Virus record (IMG/VR): IMGVR_UViG_3300046714_000194
Location: 1-50,724 of that record
Source: a virus
Taxonomy: Duplodnaviria; Caudoviricetes
DNA length: 50,724 nt
Strand: one strand, 5' to 3'
Of this stretch, positions 17,799-26,879 are shown one piece after another. Every line of letters starts with the position of its first letter. The first letter of the stretch is position 1. Made by a program: the position numbers and the translations under genes. The notes below the pieces were generated by a model, which saw only the letters and a program-made list of their open reading frames with translations, made no database searches and was not told where the DNA came from.

Positions 17799-18025
17799 GA
17801 CGACACCTCGCGCGTGTACCTGCATTCCGGCTTTTCGCAGATCGGGCACAGCAGCAGCCGCTTCGTCGTGCCCTTCGCCTCGACCTTCTTCTCTTTGCGT
17901 TTCGCCTTCCCAGGGATTGGCAGGCCATTCAGCATGTCGCCCGGGTCCTGGTGCTGTGCCTGCCCGGTGCCGGCGAAGGCCGGCGCGGGGAATAGCGGAT
18001 CGCGTTGTGCTTGTTGCTGGCTCAT
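17795..18025 (-). CDS. Small protein with NGLPIP motif and C-terminal CxxC
   Basis: ATGA-coupled start; CPICEKPEC. Confidence 0.55.
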   Translation of the reverse strand: MSQQQAQRDPLFPAPAFAGTGQAQHQDPGDMLNGLPIPGKAKRKEKKVEAKGTTKRLLLCPICEKPECRYTREVSS

Positions 18026-18327
18026 TCGGTATCTTCTTTCGGATCGCACAGCCAACCTCGATTGAAGCTCTTGCGCCCGCAGCCGCAGACGTACACGGGC
18101 TGGCCCTGCGCCAATGCGGCGTCGAACTCTTCGCGGGTGTGCATAACCCAGATCGGCAACTTGGCGAGAGTGTCGACGCGCAGATCGTCGTAGTCGTGGC
18201 GGGGCCGGGCGGGCGCCGCTTTCGGAATCGGGATCCCGTTGATCTCGCCCTGCGCGGCCTCGGGCGGTTTCGCTTCGGCCTGCCCCGCGATCGGAAAGGC
18301 CCATCCCCGTTTGAACTGGTCTTGCAT
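18022..18327 (-). CDS. Small protein with NGIPIP motif and C-terminal Cys cluster
   Basis: AAGGAG RBS before ATG; CGC...C. Confidence 0.6.
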   Translation of the reverse strand: MQDQFKRGWAFPIAGQAEAKPPEAAQGEINGIPIPKAAPARPRHDYDDLRVDTLAKLPIWVMHTREEFDAALAQGQPVYVCGCGRKSFNRGWLCDPKEDTE

Positions 18328-18343
18328 GTTCGTGCTCCTTCGA

Positions 18344-20125
18344 TCAGTTGATCGTGTTGCTGCGGGTTCCGCCCCGCTCGGCCCACTCTTGCGCCTTGGC
18401 GTGGCCAAGGTGCTCCCGCACGACGGCCATGCACTCGAGGTAGTACGGCGTAGCGGCGAGCTCTTTGCACGACTCTGCGACAGCGCGTGTGAAGTCGAGC
18501 TGCCCGACGCCGCTAGGCTCCGACGTGCCGGCTTCTCGATCTCGCCGCATAGCGTGATCGATCGCGCGTCCGACGACACCGGCGATCACCGCGCCGCTCA
18601 CAACGTCGCGCATACGCAGCTGCAGCTCGGGCCCGCCTTCGACACGGCCGATCGGCCGCACGACGGTGTGATCGGCGAACATGTGGCCGATCACCTCGGC
18701 AGCGTCGAACTCCTCGGCGCAGGGTACGCCGTGCGACGCGAGCCGCAAGATCTCGAGCGCTTGCGGCGCCTCGGGCCTTCGCACTTCGATCCGCCGATCG
18801 ATGCGTCCGTCTCTCACGACTGCCGGGTCGAGCGCATCGGGGAGGTTGGTGCTCAGAAGCACGAACGCGGCGTGCTCTTCGAGGCCGTCCATTTCGGCAA
18901 GAAACGTCGGCACCGTCGTACCCTCGATCCCCGAAAGCGAGCGGCCTCGGCGTTCTCCGAGTAGCGCCTCGGCCTCGTCGATGAAGATCACCGCAGGCCG
19001 GCCGTGCTCGGCCCGGTACCGCCGTGCCCGGTCGAACAGCGATCGGATCTTCTCTTCCGTTGCGCCGACCCACTTCGTCAAGAGCTCGGGCCCTTTGACG
19101 TAGAAGAACCCGCCGGGCGCCCCATGCGCCTGCAGACTCGACGCTACGGCCTTCCCGAGCATCGTCTTGCCGCAGCCCGGAGGGCCCCACAGCAGTGCGC
19201 CCTTCGCCGGCTTGCGCCCGTACGCCGCCCACAACGCTGCGTGCTGGATCGGGTATTCGATCGCCTCGCGTAGCGCCTCTTTCGCGTCCGACAGGCCTCC
19301 GATCGACTCCCACGTGACGCCCGTTGAATCGTCGTGCGTCATGTCGGCCGATGGCTGCGCCGCCATGTCGAGCGCGAAGGCGCCATCGTCGGAGATCACG
19401 ACAGCGTCGCCGAGCTTTGCGGCCTTGCACATCTCGGAGCGAACGACGGCGCGTTTGGAGCCGTTCACCTCGACTTCGAGCGTTCCGTCCGTCTCGTCGA
19501 TGTTGGTGACGGATCCGACCGGCCCCGTCCTAGGCGCCTCGCAACGACCCAGCACTTGGTTGCTCGGCTGTACCACACGCACCCAATCGCCGACGTCGAT
19601 CGCGTCTGGCCGACCGCTGACGGTTGGACGCTTGGCCTGCACGGTGAGCGGGCCGAGGCGCACAACGAGATGCGACGTCGTAACGGCCGATACGAGCCCG
19701 AGCATGCAAGCGCTTTCCGAAAGGCCTTGGATGAAGTCGCCCTGTTGCTTCAGCTGATCTTCCATCTGGGCGATGCGCTGCACGACTTCGCGCGGATCAC
19801 CCGAACGGATCCGCTCGTAGATCTCCTCTTCGCGCGAGCGCGGCGCCCGATCGACCTTGCCGTAGATCTCGCGTATATCGATCCCGTACATGTTTTTGCT
19901 GCTCATAGTCATTGCCCTTTCTGTTCGTTCGTACGCCTCTTTTATGGTGCGCATGATCACATCTCGAGTCGGCCCGTTGTCGATCAGCACGTTCGAAAAC
20001 GTGCCGGGCGTGTTCGGCGTTGCCGGCGGATCGGGCACGAACGCGGGCGACGACATTGCGGCGCGCTTCTGCTCTTCGCGGTACTTCGCCTGCCGCCGTT
20101 CTCGCTTGATCTCCGTCTTGCTCAC
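18344..20125 (-). CDS. ARC/Mpa-like proteasome-type AAA+ ATPase
   Basis: Coiled coil plus two OB-like repeats; IGGL, GPPGCGKT, VKGPELLTKWVG, IFIDE, LDPAVVRDGRID, RDVVSGAVI. Confidence 0.85.
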   Translation of the reverse strand: MSKTEIKRERRQAKYREEQKRAAMSSPAFVPDPPATPNTPGTFSNVLIDNGPTRDVIMRTIKEAYERTERAMTMSSKNMYGIDIREIYGKVDRAPRSREEEIYERIRSGDPREVVQRIAQMEDQLKQQGDFIQGLSESACMLGLVSAVTTSHLVVRLGPLTVQAKRPTVSGRPDAIDVGDWVRVVQPSNQVLGRCEAPRTGPVGSVTNIDETDGTLEVEVNGSKRAVVRSEMCKAAKLGDAVVISDDGAFALDMAAQPSADMTHDDSTGVTWESIGGLSDAKEALREAIEYPIQHAALWAAYGRKPAKGALLWGPPGCGKTMLGKAVASSLQAHGAPGGFFYVKGPELLTKWVGATEEKIRSLFDRARRYRAEHGRPAVIFIDEAEALLGERRGRSLSGIEGTTVPTFLAEMDGLEEHAAFVLLSTNLPDALDPAVVRDGRIDRRIEVRRPEAPQALEILRLASHGVPCAEEFDAAEVIGHMFADHTVVRPIGRVEGGPELQLRMRDVVSGAVIAGVVGRAIDHAMRRDREAGTSEPSGVGQLDFTRAVAESCKELAATPYYLECMAVVREHLGHAKAQEWAERGGTRSNTIN

Positions 20126-21603
20126 GTGACCACCTCTTTCGGCTCACGCACGTAGATCAGCTCTCGCTTCGCCCGGGTGATCCCGACGTAGAGCAGGTTG
20201 TCTTCCTCGGCGCCCGACCACTTGCAGTACGTGTCTCGCAAGAGCCACACCCGATTGGCTTCGAGCCCTTTCGCCTTGTGCGTGGACATGAGGTGAATCG
20301 CGGGGCCGTGCGCCTCGGCAAAGAGCAGCTCGATCTTCTCGAGCAGCTCCCGCACCGTGCCGCAGCTCTCGCAGAGCACCCGCAAGCACGCCGCTCGATC
20401 CTCGATCGCTCGTGTGTCGCGTCCTGCCCGCGTGAGCCGCTGCGTCTCGCGTGTTTCCCACGCTCCGAGCAGCCGCAGCAGCTCGTCGATCTCGTCGGCC
20501 TTCGTGCCCTTCACCCACTGCGCCAAGCCCGCCCCGATCTCTCGGCCTCTGATCCGCGCGCGCTTCCCTGCGGCGATCCACTTGAGGCATTCCGAGATCA
20601 GCTGGGCGTTGGTGCGGCTGATCACGAAGTCACCCGCGACGGCGCCCGAGCGCATGGCGTCTTCCGAGCAGGTGCGCACGACACCTTCCGGGGCGTTGGG
20701 CGCCGCCGAGATCGCCGGCACGAGTCGTTGCGCTTCGCGTGTCACGCTGACGGGGCATCGGTACGTCACGGAAAGCGGCAGCACCTCAGCTTGCAGCCGT
20801 TCGATCATGCGCGGGATTGCTCGGACGTCGGCGCCTCGGAAGCCGTAGATCGCTTGGCGCCTATCGCCGATGGCACAGATCCGCCCGCGGGAGCCGCTCG
20901 CTCGCACGACCGTCTCGAGCTGCGCCGGATTGAGATCCTGCGTCTCGTCGACGAACACCCACCGGTACGACGGCAAGGGCAGGCGCTGCGCGATCGGCAA
21001 CCACACCATATCGTCGAAGCCGACCGGGCCTTCTGTATCTTCGCGCGTCTCGTTCAGCACGACGCATGCTGCCCGGAGGATCCGCGAGCGGGGCCACACC
21101 TTCTCATCGTCGGGGAAGGCAATGTCTGCGGCGTCGGCGGCCTCGTCAAGCACGTCCGGCTCGGCGTCGAGCAGCGCGCCCTTCGCGAGGGATACGACCT
21201 TGCCGATCGTGACGCGGCCTTCGCGGGTGTGCCAATTGGTGTCGCCGGTGACGCGCTCGATCCGCTTGCGTTCGTGGGTGCCTTCCTTGTCGATCGGGCG
21301 TCGGCCGTGGGAGCGAGTGATCGCCCGCAGCCCAAACGAGTGGAGCGTTTGCACCTGCACGCTCGGCGGCACCCGCTCGGCGAGCTCTTCGGCGATCGCC
21401 TTGTTGAACGCCACCATGAGGATCGGACCTTGGCGCACGTGGCGAAGCGCTTCGACGATCGTCGTCGTCTTGCCGGTGCCGGCGAGCGCTTCGACGACGA
21501 GGTGCGGGGCGTCTTCGGAGGGGTCGGCAACGGCCTCGAAAACGGCCTGCTGCTGCGGGCTCCACGTGCGTGCGGGAGCCCCGATCGGTTGTGCGGCGCT
21601 CAT
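20122..21603 (-). CDS. UvrD/Rep-like SF1 helicase
   Basis: ALAGTGKT, VDETQD, GDRRQAIYGFRGAD, STHKAKGLE, YVGITRAK. Confidence 0.93.
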   Translation of the reverse strand: MSAAQPIGAPARTWSPQQQAVFEAVADPSEDAPHLVVEALAGTGKTTTIVEALRHVRQGPILMVAFNKAIAEELAERVPPSVQVQTLHSFGLRAITRSHGRRPIDKEGTHERKRIERVTGDTNWHTREGRVTIGKVVSLAKGALLDAEPDVLDEAADAADIAFPDDEKVWPRSRILRAACVVLNETREDTEGPVGFDDMVWLPIAQRLPLPSYRWVFVDETQDLNPAQLETVVRASGSRGRICAIGDRRQAIYGFRGADVRAIPRMIERLQAEVLPLSVTYRCPVSVTREAQRLVPAISAAPNAPEGVVRTCSEDAMRSGAVAGDFVISRTNAQLISECLKWIAAGKRARIRGREIGAGLAQWVKGTKADEIDELLRLLGAWETRETQRLTRAGRDTRAIEDRAACLRVLCESCGTVRELLEKIELLFAEAHGPAIHLMSTHKAKGLEANRVWLLRDTYCKWSGAEEDNLLYVGITRAKRELIYVREPKEVVT

Positions 21604-21782
21604 GGCAAGAGCTCCGCAATGTCTGCCGCCTTATCGAACGCTTCGAGCGCGCAGGCGAAAGAGAACAACCACGACGAGTGATCGGGCTCGGCCGTACCGC
21701 TGATCATGGTGAGTGCACGGGTTAGGTGCAGGAAGCCGTTGTGCAGGTAATCTTCGGCTGCGAGCTGTGCGGGGCGTTTCAT
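21600..21782 (-). CDS. Hypothetical protein
   Basis: Coupled overlaps. Confidence 0.5.
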   Translation of the reverse strand: MKRPAQLAAEDYLHNGFLHLTRALTMISGTAEPDHSSWLFSFACALEAFDKAADIAELLP

Positions 21783-22018
21783 GTCGTCACCTGCCACACC
21801 GGCAGATCGAGCCACAACGAGCGGACCGTGCCGCCGGTTGCGCCGGGCCCGGTAATCTTGGTTGCCAGAGCCTTCACCGACGGCCGGCCTTGTTTGGCGC
21901 ACTGTGCGCACTCGTGCGCTACCGTTTCTGGTACCGCCACAAGTTCGTACGACTTGAATGTGCGCGTGTTGAAGACGACCGCGCCGACCTTGAGTGCTTC
22001 TGCTTCTGCCTTCGTCAT
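21779..22018 (-). CDS. Hypothetical protein with CxxC
   Basis: Operon packing. Confidence 0.5.
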   Translation of the reverse strand: MTKAEAEALKVGAVVFNTRTFKSYELVAVPETVAHECAQCAKQGRPSVKALATKITGPGATGGTVRSLWLDLPVWQVTT

Positions 22019-22019
22019 C

Positions 22020-22262
22020 TTACGGGCACCTTTCGATCCACGAACCCTTACGTTTGCCGCGCTGCCACAGCCGCGCGCTGCCGTGCTCCGAGTAGAACTG
22101 CGCAACGTGCTCACGCGCCTGCTCGACGGTATGGCAGTGACAGACCGCAGAGCGCGACACGAACGGAGGCGTACCGCTATCGGCGATCACGATGAAGCGG
22201 TGCGAGAGCAGCCCGCCCGGCCCGCCGTCAGCGTAGAGCTTTAGGATCTCGCGGTCGTTCAC
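22020..22262 (-). CDS. Hypothetical protein
   Basis: GTGA-coupled start. Confidence 0.45.
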   Translation of the reverse strand: MNDREILKLYADGGPGGLLSHRFIVIADSGTPPFVSRSAVCHCHTVEQAREHVAQFYSEHGSARLWQRGKRKGSWIERCP

Positions 22263-22489
22263 TTGCCGGCCTTTCGCATCAGGCGCTCGACAGCGCCGGC
22301 AACGTTCGACGGCTTGACTTCGTACGCGGCAGCGAAGCGCTCGACCATTCCGAGCGCGTACCCGCGCCACAGCGCAGCCTTGATCTCGTCGAGTGCCGGC
22401 GACTGCAGGCGCGCAGCAGCAATGCGCGAGACTTCGTCGGCTTCTTGAATGCAGCACAGCGCTGCAGCTTCGGCAGGTTTCAGCCTCAT
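22259..22489 (-). CDS. Hypothetical protein
   Basis: ATGA-coupled start. Confidence 0.5.
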   Translation of the reverse strand: MRLKPAEAAALCCIQEADEVSRIAAARLQSPALDEIKAALWRGYALGMVERFAAAYEVKPSNVAGAVERLMRKAGK

Positions 22490-22716
22490 GACGCCATCCC
22501 CTGCAGCCACGTTGCGAGCTGCCCAAGCGCGTCCACCAACGACTCACCGCCGAACGTCGGCCCGCCCTCGATACGGGCAAACCACTCCGAACGCGTTGCC
22601 GTCAGCCCTGCCGTCACCGTCCGCCCACTTTCCTGCCATGCGCGCAGGATCGCTTCTGCTTGTGTCTCGCCCATTGCCTTCTCGCCTCCGTCTGCCCTCG
22701 CCGGGCCTTGCGTCAC
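22486..22716 (-). CDS. Hypothetical protein
   Basis: Operon packing. Confidence 0.45.
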   Translation of the reverse strand: MTQGPARADGGEKAMGETQAEAILRAWQESGRTVTAGLTATRSEWFARIEGGPTFGGESLVDALGQLATWLQGMAS

Positions 22717-22717
22717 G

Positions 22718-22870
22718 TTACTGTGCGTTGAGACGCTCGAGAATCCGCCGTGCGCGTTGCTCTTCGGCTTCCCTGATCCGCGCCTCGAAGGCAGCCAAGT
22801 CGGCAGCCTCGTCGGCTGACGGGGGAAGCGTCGTGCCGTGCTCGTGCGTCTCTCGCTCGTGTCTCGCCAT
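22718..22870 (-). CDS. Small hypothetical protein
   Basis: First ORF after an intergenic gap. Confidence 0.4.
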   Translation of the reverse strand: MARHERETHEHGTTLPPSADEAADLAAFEARIREAEEQRARRILERLNAQ

Positions 22871-22953
22871 CCCGAAAGTTCTTACTGCAGGACGCATGCC
22901 GCACCTGAAGTTTGCGTCACGCGGCGCCGTCACGCAAGACGCACGCGCCGGCG

Positions 22954-23343
22954 CTATGCACCTTTTGCGGCCGGATCTGCCGTTGACGCAGCGGGATCCG
23001 CAGTAGATCCGACCGGTTGGGTTGCCTTGACCTTTTTTCGCCGGGTTGCATGTTTTGCGGCGCGGTACGGCTTCCCCGCTTTTGGCGCAGGGATCACGCG
23101 TTCGGACCGCACCATCCCCCGGGGGATGAAGTGTGCGCACCTGTAGTGCACCGCTCCGTCCTGGCCTTGCTGCAGGTCGGTGCAGAGCGAAACGCCCCGC
23201 TCGTCAGACTGCAGCAGCAAGCCGTACGACGTCGTGTGATACGAGAAGTGCAGCTCAGTTTCGATCTCGTCGGGCTTCAGCTCGTCGAGCTCCGTCGTGT
23301 GCGCGTCGTTCCACTCGACGATCACGATCTGTCGCTGATTCAT
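22954..23343 (-). CDS. Conserved phage protein (VEWxDA...IPxG family)
   Basis: VIVEWNDA, SYGLL and FIPRGMV pattern. Confidence 0.6.
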   Translation of the reverse strand: MNQRQIVIVEWNDAHTTELDELKPDEIETELHFSYHTTSYGLLLQSDERGVSLCTDLQQGQDGAVHYRCAHFIPRGMVRSERVIPAPKAGKPYRAAKHATRRKKVKATQPVGSTADPAASTADPAAKGA

Positions 23344-23849
23344 CGGATCCTCGTCGTGCTCATAGCCTGCACGTCGGCGCGTTTGAAGTACTCGGCGTGT
23401 GGTACGTGCTCGCCGTCGACCAAAAACCCCCAATCGGAGATCTCGGGTCCGCACACGAAGAGTGTGCACGTGTCGGGCAGCACTTCAACAACCGAGTGGT
23501 ACTGCCACGGGCGGATCAGGTTGAAGTCACCGGGCCGATAGACGTTCGAGCGCGGTAGGAATTCGGGCGCTGCGCCTTCGACGCGCTGCTCGGTGTACCC
23601 GCCCGAGAGCACGACCGCGACGGCCCACGCCCAAGGATGATCGTGCAGGTGCCGATCGCCGTCGGCCGTGTGGATCTGGTGCACGAACGCGTGAAAGGGC
23701 TGCTCGGGGTCGTGCGTTTCGAGGCAGTCGGTGCCGGCGAGCACCGTACGCGTGAGGTACGGCGCGCCGTCAGGGTGCGCGAGGCGCCACGACGGCGAGA
23801 CGCGCATGGCGATGCGAAGGGCAAGCGGCAGGTGCAGCGGGATCGTCAT
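23340..23849 (-). CDS. Cupin-fold protein
   Basis: HLHDHPW..VLSGGY.E...YH. Confidence 0.7.
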   Translation of the reverse strand: MTIPLHLPLALRIAMRVSPSWRLAHPDGAPYLTRTVLAGTDCLETHDPEQPFHAFVHQIHTADGDRHLHDHPWAWAVAVVLSGGYTEQRVEGAAPEFLPRSNVYRPGDFNLIRPWQYHSVVEVLPDTCTLFVCGPEISDWGFLVDGEHVPHAEYFKRADVQAMSTTRIR

Positions 23850-24094
23850 CGCGGCGCCTCGCGCACCAGCGCTGCAGCCTCTTCGAACGCGCGCGCCAAT
23901 GCCTCACGCCGATCTGCCGACTGCGGCAACCAGAACGTGACGGCGCTGCGATCGTCGTCCTTCGGCGGGTGATGCAACATCGGTGACGAGTGCAGAATGA
24001 ACTGTACCGCCGAGTACACGATCCCGGTGTTGCTCTCTTTCGTCAGCGTGCACACTTCGTCGGTGAGCTCTTGGCTGTAGACGTTGATTCGCAT
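23846..24094 (-). CDS. Hypothetical protein
   Basis: Strong AGGAGG RBS. Confidence 0.65.
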   Translation of the reverse strand: MRINVYSQELTDEVCTLTKESNTGIVYSAVQFILHSSPMLHHPPKDDDRSAVTFWLPQSADRREALARAFEEAAALVREAPR

Positions 24095-24103
24095 GGGAAC
24101 CTC

Positions 24104-25243
24104 CTAGGTGACGCTCACCGGATCGAACCTGCGCAGCCCGTGCTTCGCGTCGATCACCCAATTCGTTTGCTCGGGCGGGCGGTACTCGAAGCCCATCTCG
24201 GTGGAGTAGGCCGACTCGCCGATCAGGCTGCCATTCACCAACACTTTGCCGAACGCGCACGCCTGATGAAAGTGCCCGAAGACGTACAGATCGGCCGTGT
24301 TTTGGCGTGTCGCCCAACGCGTGAGTGGTACGAGGATCCCGCCGATCCCGCCGCTGCTGCGAATGTGCGTACCGTGTTGAAACCGCATGCGCAGCCCCAT
24401 CACTTCGAGGCTCACGCTCTCGGCCTTCGGGATCACCCACTCGACGTTTTGCAGGTCAGCGCACTTGTCGCGCAACCACCGATAGAGCATGCTCTCGAGC
24501 GAGTGCGCCCAGCCCGTTTTGATCTGGCTCTTCTCGGTCCAACGCCCATGGTTGCCGTGCGTGCAAGGCACGATCAGCCGGCCGGGCACGTCCTTCGAGA
24601 GCGCGCGGATCCCGGGCTCGATCAGCGCAATGGCGTGGCCGACCTGATCGACTAGGCCGACTTCGTTCGTCTCGCAGAGCTCTTGATGGATCGACCCCGA
24701 GATCAGATCGCCGTTGAGATTGAGAACGTGATCGGGTGAGTCGACCGTTCGCGCAATGTCGCGCCGCAGCCATAGAACGTTGCTCCAGAACTGCTCGGCG
24801 CGCGCCTTGGCGGTTGCGAGATCGTAGACGTTGCGGCCGTGGGTTTCCTCCGGGCTCACCCGCTCGCCGACGTGCCAATCCGAAAGGCAGGTGCAGATCG
24901 TACCCTGGCGCTTGCCCGACTTGGGGCGAGACGCGGCAACCTTGATCGGCGGGGCCGAGGCGATCGAGCTGTAGAACTCGGCTGCCTTCTCGGCGTCGAT
25001 CAGCCGGCGCTGCAGCACGCGCACGTGGCGCCCGGCTTGCGCCGCTTCGATCTGCCGCTTCGCTGCAGTGAGATCGGTCGGGTCGGAGCGTAGAAGCGCA
25101 GCGGGTTCGAGGCCGTGGTAGCGGCAGCTCTGCGTAAAGCTGCCTTGCATGACGCCAAGCTTTCGCGCAGCCTCGGCAATCGAGACGCTGCTACGCAGTA
25201 CGGCTTTCACCTGCGCGATTCGTTTTGCGTTCCACTTCGCCAT
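24104..25243 (-). CDS. Calcineurin-like metallophosphoesterase with N-terminal HTH-like region
   Basis: SDWH, GD, GNHG, HG and GHFH motifs. Confidence 0.88.
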   Translation of the reverse strand: MAKWNAKRIAQVKAVLRSSVSIAEAARKLGVMQGSFTQSCRYHGLEPAALLRSDPTDLTAAKRQIEAAQAGRHVRVLQRRLIDAEKAAEFYSSIASAPPIKVAASRPKSGKRQGTICTCLSDWHVGERVSPEETHGRNVYDLATAKARAEQFWSNVLWLRRDIARTVDSPDHVLNLNGDLISGSIHQELCETNEVGLVDQVGHAIALIEPGIRALSKDVPGRLIVPCTHGNHGRWTEKSQIKTGWAHSLESMLYRWLRDKCADLQNVEWVIPKAESVSLEVMGLRMRFQHGTHIRSSGGIGGILVPLTRWATRQNTADLYVFGHFHQACAFGKVLVNGSLIGESAYSTEMGFEYRPPEQTNWVIDAKHGLRRFDPVSVT

Positions 25244-25382
25244 GCTCGCCTTTCAAAGTGCCGCTCGGGTGCCCCCGCCCTTGCAACGGGCGAGTCGTTT
25301 TGGACGGTGTCATGGATCACACCGAGCGGCACGTGATCCATGGCACCGCCGACGCAGGACGCAAGGCCTTGCGACTCATGCG

Positions 25383-25742
25383 TCACGTTCCGGGCTTCGA
25401 AGGCAGCCGGCGACGGATCTTCACGGGCGTCCGCTCTTCGACGTACCGCCGCAACAGCTCGGCCAGGCCTTCCTTGAGGCCTTGGGCCTCAAGCTCTGCT
25501 CGCAGCTGCCGCACGCCCGTCTCTTCGTCCCAATCGGGCGGTGGAAGCGACGGCGCCTCGGGCGAGATCGGCAGGGCGGCGAGTGTCGCACCGCGTCGTA
25601 CTTCCCGGGCCCACTTCTGCTCGCAGTCTTCCCAATGCTTCTCGAGCTTGCCGATCCGCGAGCCCAGGTTGACCCACGTCCACGCATGCGCGATCGCCAT
25701 GGGCGTTGCCACGGCCAAGGCCCCAACGAGCTCAGGGGCCAC
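25383..25742 (-). CDS. Membrane-anchored lysis-cassette protein (holin/spanin-like)
   Basis: N-terminal TM followed by coiled coil; directly downstream of the endolysin. Confidence 0.45.
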   Translation of the reverse strand: MAPELVGALAVATPMAIAHAWTWVNLGSRIGKLEKHWEDCEQKWAREVRRGATLAALPISPEAPSLPPPDWDEETGVRQLRAELEAQGLKEGLAELLRRYVEERTPVKIRRRLPSKPGT

Positions 25743-26331
25743 GTGGCGCCCCGGTAACCGGCAGGACGGCCTGCACCGCTGCGAGGTACGAGCTCCACGG
25801 GAAGCCGACACCGGGGTCGACGTGCCCGCCTCGGACGTTCCACGCCCGACTCACGTCAAGGTGCCCGCAGAAGCCCCGCTCGCCGTTGGCGACTTGTAGG
25901 GGTGTCAGCTTTCGGACGGGGATCCCGTAGCGGCCGGCGACGCAGGCGGCAGCCTTGGCCGACAGCGCGAGCTCACCGCGAGAGAACGCGTCGTCCCATT
26001 GCACGGGCGTTTGCGCGGCGTACCCACAATGTTCGATGTGGTAGCCGGTCGCGTTGGCGTCACCGCCGCGAGCGCCGAACGCTTCATGCTGCGGCTTCAC
26101 ACACTCCCAGATCTCGGAGGCATCGCACACCAGGTGCGCACTGCCCGGGTCTTTACGCTGCGACGTGAAGAATCGGGCAACGGCGGCAGCGCTGCCTTTG
26201 ATCTCGGCGCACTCGGTCGTGTGGATCACGATCAGGCGCAAGTCGGTGCGATTGAGCCAACGAAAGTCGCGCGCCTGTAGAAAGTGCGGCGCCTGTTCGA
26301 GCGCGCTCCACATGTTCGGCTCGGGCGTCAT
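25732..26331 (-). CDS. Endolysin, N-acetylmuramoyl-L-alanine amidase
   Basis: IVIHTTE, SAH, IEHCG, GH.D....HVDPG..FPW. Confidence 0.9.
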   Translation of the reverse strand: MTPEPNMWSALEQAPHFLQARDFRWLNRTDLRLIVIHTTECAEIKGSAAAVARFFTSQRKDPGSAHLVCDASEIWECVKPQHEAFGARGGDANATGYHIEHCGYAAQTPVQWDDAFSRGELALSAKAAACVAGRYGIPVRKLTPLQVANGERGFCGHLDVSRAWNVRGGHVDPGVGFPWSSYLAAVQAVLPVTGAPRGP

Positions 26332-26576
26332 CGCGGCGGGCCTTTCTGCGACGTCGCAAACGCCGCAGCAACGTCCGAACGCGACGGCGGGCGCACGGGC
26401 GTGAATTCTTCGTCGAGCTCTCGCAGCTGCCGTTGCACGCGCGTCAGATCGACGTGATGCCGCATGAGCTCGTCGCGCATCTTCGTGTTGGCGCGCATAC
26501 TCTCTTCGACGAGGGCAAGCGCATCGCGCACGATCGCGACTGCGGCACGCTGTTGGGGGGATCGGGCGGGAATCAC
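26328..26576 (-). CDS. Hypothetical coiled-coil protein
   Basis: Coupled to the endolysin start. Confidence 0.5.
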   Translation of the reverse strand: MIPARSPQQRAAVAIVRDALALVEESMRANTKMRDELMRHHVDLTRVQRQLRELDEEFTPVRPPSRSDVAAAFATSQKGPPR

Positions 26577-26676
26577 GAGCTTGGATCCTCCACGAGCAGC
26601 CAGATCGCCGCAGCGGCTAGGGCCAGCCCGGCCGCCGCGAGGATCAGCCCTTGGCGCGCCAGGCGTGCCACAAGCT

Positions 26677-26841
26677 TCAGGCCTTCGGCTTCGGGGACTC
26701 GGCGTTATGCGCGAGCTGTGCGACGACGGCAGCGATCACCGTTGCGACGGCCGCAGCCATGCCCGGATCGATCACCTTCTCGGCGCCTAGCGCACCAACA
26801 ACGGCCACAAGTATCGCAGAGATCACAGAGTAGATCTTCAT
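26677..26841 (-). CDS. Putative holin (54 aa, two TM segments)
   Basis: Hand translation MKIYSVISAILVAVVGALGAEKVIDPGMAAAVATVIAAVVAQLAHNAESPKPKA; preceded by the promoter motif. Confidence 0.55.
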   Translation of the reverse strand: MKIYSVISAILVAVVGALGAEKVIDPGMAAAVATVIAAVVAQLAHNAESPKPKA

Positions 26842-26879
26842 GACGCCTGTAGGCTAGCGCCCGGCGAATGTGGGCGGTG

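Noticed and set aside
17325-18327. Pup/UBact modifier next to the ARC-like ATPase
   Set aside because: No C-terminal GGE/GGQ-type motif and no ligase gene
16448-18964. Long + strand ORFs here and elsewhere (e.g. 31194-32744, 38026-39606)
   Set aside because: Arg/Ala/Pro-rich antisense shadows of real minus-strand genes in high-GC DNA; no recognisable motifs
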